A stretch of 64,000 nucleotides of DNA from an uncultured Verrucomicrobiae bacterium (lineage in GTDB: Bacteria; Verrucomicrobiota; Verrucomicrobiia; Chthoniobacterales; Chthoniobacteraceae): positions 512,001 to 576,000 of the forward strand of contig CAWIKF010000001.1 in assembly GCA_963836755.1 (NCBI GenBank). Reading direction: 5' to 3'. A program made the translations under genes and the position numbers. Below are positions 29,876 through 40,397 of the stretch, in pieces. The first letter of the stretch is position 1, and each line of letters starts with the position of its first letter. The notes below the pieces were generated by a model, which saw nothing but the letters and a program-made list of their open reading frames with translations, made no database searches and was not told the DNA's origin.

Positions 29876-31657
29876 ATGCTTGAAGGCCACGAAGAACTTC
29901 GCGATTTCCGCACCGATCGCCGGATGCTCGTGCTCATAGCGCTTGCGCTGCCGATCGGCATCTTGAGCGCGTTCGTCGCAAAAGCTTTGCTCTGGCTGAT
30001 CGCGATCATCTCGAACTTTGTTTTCTACCAGCACTTTTCTCCCGTGCTCGTCCCGCTCACCCAGCATCATCTCGGTGCTTGGGTCATCGCGGTGCCGGTG
30101 CTTGGCGCGATCATCATCGGGGTGATGGCGCGCTACGGCTCGGAGAAAATCCGCGGCCACGGCATTCCAGAGGCGCTCGAGGCGATCCTGCTCGGGCGCA
30201 GTTTGATCCAGCCGAAGATCGCATTCTTGAAACCGGTTTCCTCGGCGATTTCCATCGGCACCGGCGGCCCATTCGGCGCGGAAGGTCCGATCATCATGAC
30301 CGGCGGCGCGGTCGGCTCGATGTTCGCGCAATTGTTTCGTCTCACGGCGGCGGAGCGCAAAACTCTGCTCGTCGCCGGTGCGGCGGGCGGGATGGCTGCC
30401 GTCTTCGCGACACCCATCGCAGCAACTTTGCTCGCAGTAGAGCTGCTGCTTTTTGAATGGCGGCCGCGCAGCTTCATTCCCGTCGCGGTCTCAGCAGTGG
30501 CGGCGTCGGTCGGGCGCGTGCCCCTGCTTGGTGCCGGGCCGGTATTTCCCATCATGCCGCATGACAATCTCAGCGCATCGGCGCTGGGGGCGGCTGTGCT
30601 GATCGGTATCATCGTCGGATTCGGCTCCGGCCTCGCGACGGTGATCGTCTACTTTTTCGAGGATCTTTTTCAAAAACTTCCCGTCCACTGGATGTGGTGG
30701 CCGGCCATTGGCGGCCTGTTCGTCGGCATCGGCGGATGGATCGACCCGCGCGTGCTCGGCGTCGGCTATGAACTGATCCACGGCCTTCTGCGCGGCAACA
30801 TCCTCGGCGCGACTTTGCTCGGCCTGCTCATCGCGAAAACCCTCGTATGGGCCATCGCGCTCGGCTCCGGCACTTCCGGCGGCGTGCTCGCGCCGCTGCT
30901 CATCATCGGCGGCGCGCTCGGCGCAGCGTGCGGCCAGTTTTTACCCGTCGGCGACGCCGGTTTGTGGGCGATGATTGGCATGGCCGCGATGATGGGCGGC
31001 ACGATGCGCGCCCCGCTCACCGGCATGTTTTTCCTGCTCGAGCTCACGCACGATTTCAATGCGCTGCCCGAGCTCCTCTGCGGCTCCGTCGCCGCGCTCG
31101 GCGTGACCGTGCTGCTCCTGCGCCGTTCGATTTTGACGGAAAAACTCGCCCGCCGCGGCCAGCACATCGCCTGCGAATACAGCGTCGATATCTTCGAAGT
31201 CGCGCGCGTCGGCGAGGTGATGACCCGCAACGTGCCGCTCATCCCCGCCACCACGCCGCTGCACGAATTCTCCGCACGGCTCGCGAGCGGCGACCCGGCG
31301 GTCTGCGCTCGGCAGGGAACTTTGCTCTCCGATGAAAATGGACGCCTCGTCGGCATCGTCACGCGCGGCGACGTCGTCCGCGCGCTGGAAACAAAGCCGG
31401 GCCGCGAGACCACGCTGCTCGAAGCGGGCAAATCCGATTTGATCGTCACACATCCCGAGGAAACGCTGCACGACGCCATTGGCAAATTGCTCAAGCACAA
31501 CATTGGCCGGCTGCCCGTCGTCTCCCGCGACGATGCGCAAAAAGTAGTTGGCTACCTCGGCCGCGCAGGCATCCTCGCCGCGCGCCAGAAGTATCACCAC
31601 GAGGAAGAGATCCGCGAACGCGGTTTCGGCCCCCAGCCCCAATTCGCCGGCACCTAG
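29876..31657 (+). CDS. ClC-family chloride channel/antiporter with CBS domains
   Basis: GHGIPE, GGPFGAEGP, GTSGG, C-terminal CBS pair. Confidence 0.93.
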   Translation: MLEGHEELRDFRTDRRMLVLIALALPIGILSAFVAKALLWLIAIISNFVFYQHFSPVLVPLTQHHLGAWVIAVPVLGAIIIGVMARYGSEKIRGHGIPEALEAILLGRSLIQPKIAFLKPVSSAISIGTGGPFGAEGPIIMTGGAVGSMFAQLFRLTAAERKTLLVAGAAGGMAAVFATPIAATLLAVELLLFEWRPRSFIPVAVSAVAASVGRVPLLGAGPVFPIMPHDNLSASALGAAVLIGIIVGFGSGLATVIVYFFEDLFQKLPVHWMWWPAIGGLFVGIGGWIDPRVLGVGYELIHGLLRGNILGATLLGLLIAKTLVWAIALGSGTSGGVLAPLLIIGGALGAACGQFLPVGDAGLWAMIGMAAMMGGTMRAPLTGMFFLLELTHDFNALPELLCGSVAALGVTVLLLRRSILTEKLARRGQHIACEYSVDIFEVARVGEVMTRNVPLIPATTPLHEFSARLASGDPAVCARQGTLLSDENGRLVGIVTRGDVVRALETKPGRETTLLEAGKSDLIVTHPEETLHDAIGKLLKHNIGRLPVVSRDDAQKVVGYLGRAGILAARQKYHHEEEIRERGFGPQPQFAGT

Positions 31658-31674
31658 CGGGTAACGGCATGGGT

Positions 31675-31820
31675 CCAAGGAGTGACCGGCCATGTCAAGC
31701 AGTCATCGGCTAATACTAAGCGATGACCGCCTTGGGTTAAGGGACGACCGACCGATATCAAGCGATGCCCGGCTGATATCAAGCGACGACCGGCTAGGCT
31801 AAGGCGGTGACCGCGTAACA
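31675..31820. repeat. Degenerate 21-bp tandem array A (about 7 units)
   Basis: Units start at 31675 (20 nt), 31695, 31716, 31737, 31758, 31779, 31800; consensus about TCAAGCGATGACCGGCTGATA. Confidence 0.8.
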
Positions 31821-31871
31821 TTAGCTGAAGAGGGCTTCATATATCTGCATAAAAACCGCCACCGCGCAGGA

Positions 31872-32186
31872 TTACGTAGCGAGGATGCAGTCTTACATGA
31901 AGCGGATGACATATTACACGACGACCGCGCAGTATTACATCGTCACCATGCAGTGCTGCATGAAGACCGTGCAGTATTACACGACGACCATGTAGTGCTA
32001 CATGGAGACCGCGCAGTATTACACGACGACCATGTAGTGCTACATGGAGACCGTGCAGTATTACATGGCGACCTTGTAGTGCTACATGAAGGCGGCGCAG
32101 TATTACAGGGCGAGCATGCAGTGCTACATGGTGACCGTGCAGTATTACATGACGACCATGTAGTATTACATGGTGACCGTGCAGTA
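31872..32186. repeat. 21-bp tandem array B (15 units, 42-bp higher-order alternation)
   Basis: Alternating TTACACGACGACCATGTAGTG / CTACATGGAGACCGYGCAGTA; reads LHDDHVV/LHGDRAV on the plus strand. Confidence 0.92.
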
Positions 32187-32599
32187 TGACATTGCCGCCT
32201 TTTTTGACCGCATCGCGACCGTGTTACTCTGTAAACCGTCCTCTCTGGCCTGCGCGGTGAGCGCGCAACGTCACTCGTCAAAACAGTAATCCCGAGCGGG
32301 ACCAACGCTGGCTTGCGCGAAAAGTCCGCGGAACAACGCGGCCCTTTTCCCATCCCGAATCCGCAAGCGCCCGCTCCCGCATCGCCACCCGCTCGGCCTG
32401 CTTTGCTTCACCGGCATCATCGGCGCAGTGCATATTATATTGAAACCTCAGCCACCGGCACCATATCGTCGGCGCGCTGGATTCTTTATGGATGGACCCA
32501 ATCACAGGAAACTCTGCTGCGCCGCAGACCGCGAGTTAAATAGGCGGAATAGCAGAAATCAAATCCAAGGATGACCACGCCCTGGTCGCGACCTGAGAG

Positions 32600-35500
32600 A
32601 TGACCTACGAACGCGATTCCGCTCCCCATTCTTCTGTCGTCAGGGAACGGGACCTCGAAACGGATTTCATCGAAGAACTCCGCGGCCTGAAATACTACCG
32701 ATCGTCCCGACATCCGCGACCGCGCTGCGCTGGAGAAAAACTTCCGCGAGAAGTTCGAGGCCCTCAACCGCGTCCGCCTCACCGATGCCGAGTTCGCCCG
32801 CCTGCTGGACGAGATCGTCACTCCGGACGTCTTCACCGCCGCCAAGACCCTTCGCAGCAATCAACAGCTTCATCCGCGACGACGGCACGCCGCTGAACTA
32901 CACCCTCGTCAACATCAAGGACTGGTGCAAAAACACCTTCGAGGTCGTCAACCAGCTCCGCATCAACACGGACAACAGCCATCACCGCTACGATGTCATC
33001 CTGCTCATCAACGGCGTGCCCGGCGTGCAGATCGAGCTGAAGACTCTCGGCATCAACCCGCGCCGGGCGATGGAGCAGATCGTCGAATACAAGAACGACC
33101 CCGGCAACGGCTACACCAAGACGCTGCTCTGCTTCCTCCAGCTCTTCATCGTCAGCAACCGCGACCGCACCTACTACTTCGCGAACAACAACGCCCGGCA
33201 CTTCGCCTTCAATGCCGACGAGCGCTTCCTGCCGATCTATGAGTTCGCCGACGAGGACAACAAGAAGATCACCCACCTCGACGACTTCGCCGACGAGCTT
33301 CCTCGTCAAGTGCACCCTCGGCCAGACGATCAGCCGCTACATGGTGCTCATCGCCAGCGAGCAGAAGCTCCTGATGATGCGGCCGTATCAGGTCTATGCC
33401 GTGCAAGCCATCGTGGAGTGCATCGACGCAGAACTGCGGCAACGGCTACATCTGGCACACCACCGGCAGCGGCAAGACGCTCACCTCCTTCAAGGCCTCC
33501 ACGCTGCTCAAGGACAACCCCGACATCGAAAAATGCCTCTTCGTCGTGGACCGCAAGGACCTCGACCGCCAGACCCGCGAGGAGTTCAACCGCTTCCAGG
33601 AAGGCTGCGTCGAGGAAAACACCAACACCGCCGCCCTCGTCCGCCGCCTCCTCTCCGACGACTACGCCGACAAGGTCATCGTCACCACCATCCAGAAGCT
33701 CGGCCTCGCGCTGGATGAAAACAGCAAGCGCAACAAGCAGCGCAAAAAGAACGACCAGCCGACCTACAAGGAGCAGCTCGAACCGCTGCGCGACAAGCGC
33801 ATCGTCTTCATCTTCGACGAGTGCCACCGCTCCCAGTTCGGCGAGAACCACAAGGCCATCAAGGAGTTCTTCCCGAACGCCCAGCTCTTCGGCTTCACCG
33901 GCACGCCCATCTTCGAGGCAAACGCCACCGCAGCAGAAGATCGAGGACACGCAGGCCTGCATGAAGACCACGGAAGACCTCTTCCAGAAGCAGCTCCACG
34001 CCTACACCATCACCCACGCCATCGAGGACGGGAACGTCCTGCGCTTCCACGTCGACTACTTCAAGCCCGAGGGCAAGAACGCCGCCCAAGCCGGGCGAGC
34101 CGCTGGCCAAGCGGGCCGTCATCGAGGCCATCCTCGCCAAGCACGATGCCGCCACCGGCGGGCGCCGGTTCAATGCCCTGCTCGCCACCGCGTCCATCAA
34201 CGACGCCATCGAATACTACGAGCTGTTCGCCGACGATGCAGGCGGAGAAGCAGAAGGCCGATCCCGACTTCCAGCCGCTGAACATCGCCTGCCGTCTTCT
34301 CCCCGCCCGCCGACGGCGATCCCGAAAGCAAGTGACAGCAGATTCAGGAAGACCTGCCGCAGGAGAAGGAGGACAACGAGGTAGGAGCCCGAGAAGAAGA
34401 AGGAAGCCCTCAAGGCCATCCTCGCCGACTACAACGCCCGCTACGGCACCAACCACACGCATCGGCGAGTTCGATCTCTACTACCAGGATGTGCAGAAGC
34501 GCATCAAAGACCAGCAGTGGCCCGACGCCGACTTGCGAAAGGCTTCGCCAAGCGTGCCGCAGCACAAGATCGACATCACCATCGTGGTGGACATGCTGCT
34601 CACCGGCTTCGATTCCAAATACCTGAACACGCTCTATGTGGACAAGAACCTCAAGCATCACGGCTTGATCCAGGCCTTCTCCCGCACCAACCGCGTGCTC
34701 AACGCCACCAAGCCCTACGGCAACATCCTCGACTTCCGCCAGCAGCAGGACGCCGTCGATGCCGCCATCGCCCTCTTCTCCGGCGAAAAGACCGGCGAGC
34801 AGGCCCGCGAAATCTGGCTGGTGGAAAAGGCTCCCGTCGTCATCCAGAAACTGGAGGCCGCCGTGCAGAAGCTGGACGCCTTCATGAAGTCCCAAGGCCT
34901 CGACTGCACGCCCGACGCCGTGCGCCAACCTCAAGGGCGACGCCGCCCGCGCCGCCTTCATCGAGCACTTCAAGGAAGTGCAGCGCCTCAAGACCCAGCT
35001 CGACCAATACACCGACCTCACCGACGAAAACAAGCAGCACGATCGAGCAGATGCTGCCCGAGGACAACCTGCGCGGCTTCCGCGGCGCCTATCTGGAAAC
35101 CGCCCAGCGGCTCAAGGCCCAGCAGGGCAAGACCGGCGAAGACGATGGCCCGAGCCCGGACGTGGACCAGCTCGACTTCGAGTTCGTCCTCTTCGCCTCC
35201 GCCGTCATTGATTACGACTACATCATGGGCCTGATCGCCCAGCTTCTCGGCAAGCAGGGCCGGGCAAGCAGAAGATGAGCCGCGAGCAACTCATCGGCCT
35301 CATCAGCGCCGATGCCAAGTTCATGGACGAGCGCGAGGACATCGCCGAATACATCGGCACCCTCAAGGCGGGCGAGGGGCTCAGCGAAAAAGCCATCCGC
35401 GACGGCTACACCCGCTTCAAGGCGGAGAAGGACGCCAGCGGAACTCGCCGCCATCGCCGCGCAAGCACGGCCTCGCCACCGCCGCCCTGCAAGCCTTCGT

Positions 35501-35687
35501 GGACGGCATCCTCGCACCGCATGATCTTCGATGGCGAGCAGCTCACCGACCTCATGGCCCCGCTCGGCCTCGGCTGGAAAGCCCGCACGCCAAGCCGAAC
35601 TCGCCCTCATGGCCGACCTCGTGCCCGCTCCTCACCAAACGCGCCGGCGGCCGCGAGATCTCCGGGCTCAGCGCGTATGAGCAGTAA
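32600..35687 (+). pseudogene. hsdR: Type I restriction endonuclease subunit R, many frameshifts as assembled
   Basis: Fragments in alternating frames: RYDVILLINGVPGVQIELK, MRPYQ, IWHTTGSGKT, VVDRKDL, DECHRSQ, GFTGTP, VDMLLTGFDS, QAFSRTNR. Confidence 0.9.
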
Positions 35688-36990
35688 GACGAAACCACTG
35701 CCACGAAGGACGAGGCAAACCCGCACTGATGCCGAAGCTGCGGTTTCCGGAGTTTCGGGATGCCGATGAGTGGACAGAGAAGCCCCTTGAAGCAGCAGCA
35801 CACATCAATCCGGCAAACGGCGGTCGCCGAAGACATTCGTCTATATCGACCTCGAGTCGGTCGCTACGGCGGAGTTGAAAGCAAAGGAACGAATTATCCC
35901 GAATCGGTGCACCAAGCCGTGCCCAAGGCTCGTGCGAACGCGGTGACATCATTTACCAAGTCGATTCGCCTCTACCAACGGCGACAACCTGCTTTGCGAG
36001 TTTGATGACGATGAAAACTACGTCGCATCTACGGGCTATGCTCGACTTCGAGGGCTAAGGGCAGTAATCGCGTTCTTTGCTATCATCGAGCATCCACACC
36101 GATTCCGTTTGTCGGAAGGGTCATCGCGAAGTGCACGGGTTCCAATTACCCAGCGATCAATTCATCGGACTTGGCAGAGATCACATCTGCCGATTCCACC
36201 CGACGCTCCCCGAACAACAGAAAATCGCCGAGTGCCTGAGTTCGGTGGACGAGCTGATCGCCGCGCAAGCGCGGAAAGTGGACGCGCTCAAGACCCATAA
36301 AAAAGGGCTGATGCAGCAGCTTTTCCCCCGCGAAGGCGAAACCCAACCCCGCCTCCGCTTCCCCGAATTCCAAAACGCCGGGGAGTGGGTTGCGAAACCC
36401 TTGGGCGAGATTTTTCCAATTTCCTCATCGAAGCGAGTCCACGAGTCAGACTGGACTTCGACAGGAGTGCCATTCTATCGAGCTCGTGAGATCATTGCGT
36501 CAACAACACGAGCCGATTCAACCTTGTTCATCAGCGAAGAGCTTTACGCTGAATTCAGCAAGCAGACTCGAGAAATCCGCGACGGACACTTACTGGTCAT
36601 GGCGTTGGCTCGATTGGCCGTTCCCTACTTGGTGAGAGCCGGAGATCGTTTCTACTTCAAGGACGGCAACATCATCTGGCTCAAAAATGACGGGAAGGAG
36701 CTGAGCGGAGAGTTTCTGCATTGCCTTTACGAAACCGATTGCGTTCAGAAACAGCTCAAGGCGATGGCTGATGTCGGAACAGTAGCAACCTACACCATCG
36801 ACAACGCGAAAAGAACGCTAGCCGTCTTTCCGTCCGGACAAAGCCGAACAACAACGCATCGGCTCGTGCCTGAGCAGCCTCGACACCCTGATCACCGCCG
36901 AAACCCAAAAGCTCGAAGCCCTCAAGACCCACAAGAAAGGCCTGATGCAGCAGCTTTTCCCATCCCCCGACGAGCACCACAAGCCCATGA
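35677..36990 (+). pseudogene. hsdS: Type I R-M specificity subunit S, frameshifted as assembled
   Basis: PKLRFPEF / PRLRFPEF, two conserved EQQxI..CLSS.D.LI.A...K..ALKTHKKGLMQQLFP repeats flanking two lower-GC TRDs. Confidence 0.88.
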
Positions 36991-37559
36991 ACATCCAGGA
37001 AGTCATCCAGACGATCAACCAGATGCAGGCGGATGGCAATCATCGACAGCTATGCCATCGGACGGAAGACCGCTCGAGGGAGCCGACCTTCACACCTGGA
37101 GCCGAGCTTTTCCACGCTCGATGTGATATCTTCGTCTGATACTTTCCCGCACCGAGGCGGGCTCCCTGCTCATCCAGTCCCCGTCCCAGCTTTACGATTA
37201 CCTCACCGCGCGGGGCTGCACTGCGGAGGGCGAATACATCATCATCGCGGGCTGGCCGGTGCAGTTCCTCCCGCCCACGGGACCGCTCGCGGAGGAGGCT
37301 CTGGACAGAAGCCGCTGTGCACGATGTCGCGGGCGTTCCGGCCCGGGTCTTTTCGGCGAGAACTTATCTCGCCGCCATCGCGCTGCAAGACCGGACGCGC
37401 CGAAAGACAAGGCCCGGCTGCTCCAGTATCATCGAATCCGGTATCTCTTGATGCAACCACGGACGAATTCCGACGGAACTGCATCCTCACCCGGCACGCG
37501 CTCACGGCATCGGTGGGAGCAATTCCAGCGACAGCTTCAACTCTCCGACAACCACATGA
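36987..37559 (+). pseudogene. Nucleotidyltransferase-like hypothetical protein inside the R-M operon (frameshifted)
   Basis: Reconstructed across frames: MNIQEVIQTINQMQADG-IIDSYAIG...STLDV-DIFV...YDYLTARGCTAEGEYIIIAGWPVQFLPPTGPLAEEAL...LAAIAL-TGR-PKDKARLLQ. Confidence 0.6.
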
Positions 37560-37759
37560 CTCACCGATCATCCAGAGCATCCTCGGAAGAGCAAGCGCCG
37601 CTACCGGCAGCTGCCTCGCCGCGGCGCCACCATCGCCGAGAATCAACTCCGGGATGCTCGATGCCCTGCGCGAGCGGGCTCTACTTTTGCGCCCTAGAGT
37701 CGGCAGTCCATCGTCCCGCGAAGAGCCGACACCCTATCACGCAGGACAAACCCCGCACC
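37556..37759 (+). pseudogene. Small helical hypothetical protein (frameshifted; end approximate)
   Basis: ATGA overlap with the previous ORF; fragments IIQSIL-SKRRYRQ-LAAAP-IAE-LRMLDALRERALLLRP...REEPTPY. Confidence 0.45.
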
Positions 37760-39386
37760 ATGACCGACACCAACCAAAAACAACTGGGCAAGACCCTCTG
37801 GAGCATCGCCGACCAACTGCGCGGGGCGATGAACGCGGACGATTTCCGCGATTACATGCTGTCGTTCCTGTTCCTGCGCTACCTCTCGGACAACTACGAG
37901 ACGGCGGCGAAGAAGGAACTGGGGCAGGATTACCCCGATGCTGACGCGACGGCAACGGCCGCAGTGCCGCTGGCGCTCTGGTATGCGAACAACCCGGACG
38001 ACGTCGCCGGCGTTCGAGAAGCAGATGCGGCGCAAGGTGCATTACGTCATCAAGCCCGAGCACCTCTGGACCAGCATCGCCAACATGGCCCGCACGCAGA
38101 ACGCCGAACTGCTCAACACGCTGCAGGCGGGCTTCAAGTACATCGAGAACGAATCCTTCCAGAGCACGTTTCAGGGCCTGTTCTCGGAGATCAATCTCGG
38201 CTCCGACAAGCTGGGCAAGACCTACGCCGACCGCAACGCCAAGCTCTGCATCGATCATCCAGAAGATCGCCGAAGGGCTTGGCGGAGTTCTCGACCGATA
38301 TCGACACGCTGGGCGACGCCTACGAGTACCTGATCGGCCAGTTCGCCGCCGGGTCCGGCAAGAAGGCGGGCGAGTTCTACACGCCGCAGCAGATCTCCGA
38401 CATCCTCTCGGCCATCGTCACGCTCGACAGCCAGGAACCGAAGACCGGCAAGAAGAAGCGGCTGGACAGCGTGATGGACTTCGCCTGCGGCTCCGGCTCG
38501 CTGCTGCTGAACGTGCGCAAGCGCATGGGGCCGCACGGCGATCGGCAAGATCTACGGGCAGGAAAAGAACATCACCACCTACAACCTCGCGCGCATGAAC
38601 ATGCTGCTGCACGGGGTGAAGGACACGGAGTTCGAAATCTACCACGGCGACACGCTGACCAACGACTGGGACATGCTGCGCGAGCCGAACCCGGCCAAGA
38701 AGCCGCAGCTTCGACGCCGTGGTCGCCAATCCGCCCTTCAGCTACCGCTGGGAGCCGACCGAGGCGATGGGCGACGACGTGCGGTTCAAGAACTACGGGC
38801 TCGCCCCCAAGTCCGCCGCCGACTTCGCCTTCCTGCTGCACGGCTTCCACTACCTGAAGGACGAAGGGGTGATGGCGATCATCCTGCCCCACGGCGTGCT
38901 GTTCCGCGGCGGCGCCGAGGAACGCATCCGCACCAAGCTGCTCAAGGACGGCCACATCGACACCGTCATCGGCCTGCCCGCGAACCTGTTCTACTCGACC
39001 GGCATCCCGGTCTGCATCCTCGTGCTGAAGAAGTGCAAGAAGCCGGACGACGTGCTGTTCATCAACGCCGCCGAGCACTTCGTGAAAGGGCAAGCGGCAG
39101 AACCAACTGACGCGACGAGCACATCGCGAAGATCATCGACACCTACCAGTACCGAAAGGAAGAGGATCGCTACTCCCGCCGCGTGGAGATGGAGGAGATC
39201 GAGAAGAACGACTTCAACCTGAACATCTCCCGCTACATCAGCACAGCGATAGGTGAAGAAGAGATCGACTTGGTAGAGACTCACAAAGAACTCGTGGAAA
39301 TCGAAGAAAAGGTCAAAGCTGCTGCAACCAAGCATAACCGGTTCCTCAAGGAGCTAGGCCTAGACCCGCTGCCCTTCGGCGATTAA
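37760..39386 (+). pseudogene. hsdM: Type I R-M methyltransferase subunit M, frameshifted as assembled
   Basis: LWSIADQLRGAMNADDFRDY, GDAYEYLIGQFA, GEFYTP, DFACGSGSLL, ANPPFS, PHGVLFRG, NLNISRY. Confidence 0.92.
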
Positions 39387-39553
39387 ATCAGGGTGAGCGA
39401 TGGGTGGATTACCTTCCACGGTAAGAGACAAATGGTAGCCGAAAGATTGGACGCTTTTTCTTTTTTGCGAATAATCCGGCTGTGGCACGGCACGCGCTAG
39501 ATTCCCTGCTCCACTGCCAGTAAGGCAGTCTTTAAGGAAGGAGATTAAATATT

Positions 39554-40186
39554 ATGAGTAATTCAAATGTAGTGAAACCAGCAATTGGTTTCCTGAACCG
39601 CGATGGGCAAGCGCTCTACGCATCAAAGATCGGGACGGTGATGGAGAAGATGGCTGGCAATGTCAGCTTCACGGATCCTATCCCGTCGTTGAGCACGCTG
39701 CAGGCTTCGATCGACATCTACACACCTGCCGCAGCGAAAGCTGTGAAAGGTGGTGTGCAGGCAACCGTGGCGCGTGATGCGGCACGGGCAGACCTTACGG
39801 CCCTCGTGCTGCAGCTCGCCAACTATGTGAGCGCAACTGCAAACGGTGACCTGGAGACGCTGCTTTCGAGCGGTTTCCCCACGCAGAAGACGACGCGGAC
39901 ACCTGTGGGGCCTTTGCCCGCGCCGAATGCGCCGACGGTGTCGCAAGGGACGCGCTCTGGCTCATGCACTACGGTGACTGCGCCAGTGCGTGGCGCTTCC
40001 AGCTATAACTGGAGCGTGGCGCTGGAGTCGAAGCCGGATGAGGATGTGCAGACATCCCAGACGACTGGCGCACGGGCGGCCTTCGATGGCCTGGCCCCGG
40101 GCGTGGTATATGTTGTTTCTGTCAACGCAGTCGGCTCGGCCGGCGTGAGTGACTGGAGTGATTACGGAAGTTTGATGGTGATCTAA
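39554..40186 (+). CDS. Helical-bundle plus C-terminal fibronectin type III domain protein
   Basis: MAGNVSFTDPIPSL...LANYVSATANGD...SSGF, then GLAPGVVYVVSVNAVGSAGVSDWSD; RBS AAGGAG upstream. Confidence 0.8.
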   Translation: MSNSNVVKPAIGFLNRDGQALYASKIGTVMEKMAGNVSFTDPIPSLSTLQASIDIYTPAAAKAVKGGVQATVARDAARADLTALVLQLANYVSATANGDLETLLSSGFPTQKTTRTPVGPLPAPNAPTVSQGTRSGSCTTVTAPVRGASSYNWSVALESKPDEDVQTSQTTGARAAFDGLAPGVVYVVSVNAVGSAGVSDWSDYGSLMVI

Positions 40187-40220
40187 TAAGGTTGCGATTC
40201 AAGATGACGGAAGCCTTTGG

Positions 40221-40258
40221 AAGCGGCGCGTTCAGTGATGGACGCGCCGCTTTTCTTT
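40221..40258 (+). terminator. Intrinsic terminator after the FN3 gene
   Basis: AAGCGGCGCGTTCA-GTGA-TGGACGCGCCGCTT followed by TTCTTT. Confidence 0.75.
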
Positions 40259-40397
40259 AACGGAGAGGCGCTCCGGCTATTTCACCGGGATGATGTGACG
40301 AGGCACATGGGCGGGCACAAGCGCGCCGGCGCCAAACTTTTCCCATCCCAAACGATGCCGGCATTTGCGGTGGAGCGGAAATCGCGCATGGTAGCGG

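Noticed and set aside
31675..32186. CRISPR array
   Set aside because: Units are contiguous 21-mers with no unique spacers, and there are no cas genes in the window.
32230..32599. ORFs or IS ends upstream of hsdR
   Set aside because: No coherent protein, transposase motif or terminal inverted repeat found.
32600..39386. Programmed frameshifting or phase variation of the R-M genes
   Set aside because: Too many shifts, scattered and not at long homopolymer or slippery tracts; error or decay explains them better.
37760..39386. hsdM as cognate methyltransferase of the PabI-like gene
   Set aside because: It is a type I M subunit whose specificity comes from HsdS (bipartite sites). It lies more than 5 kb away on a foreign island and itself contains the only GTAC sites.
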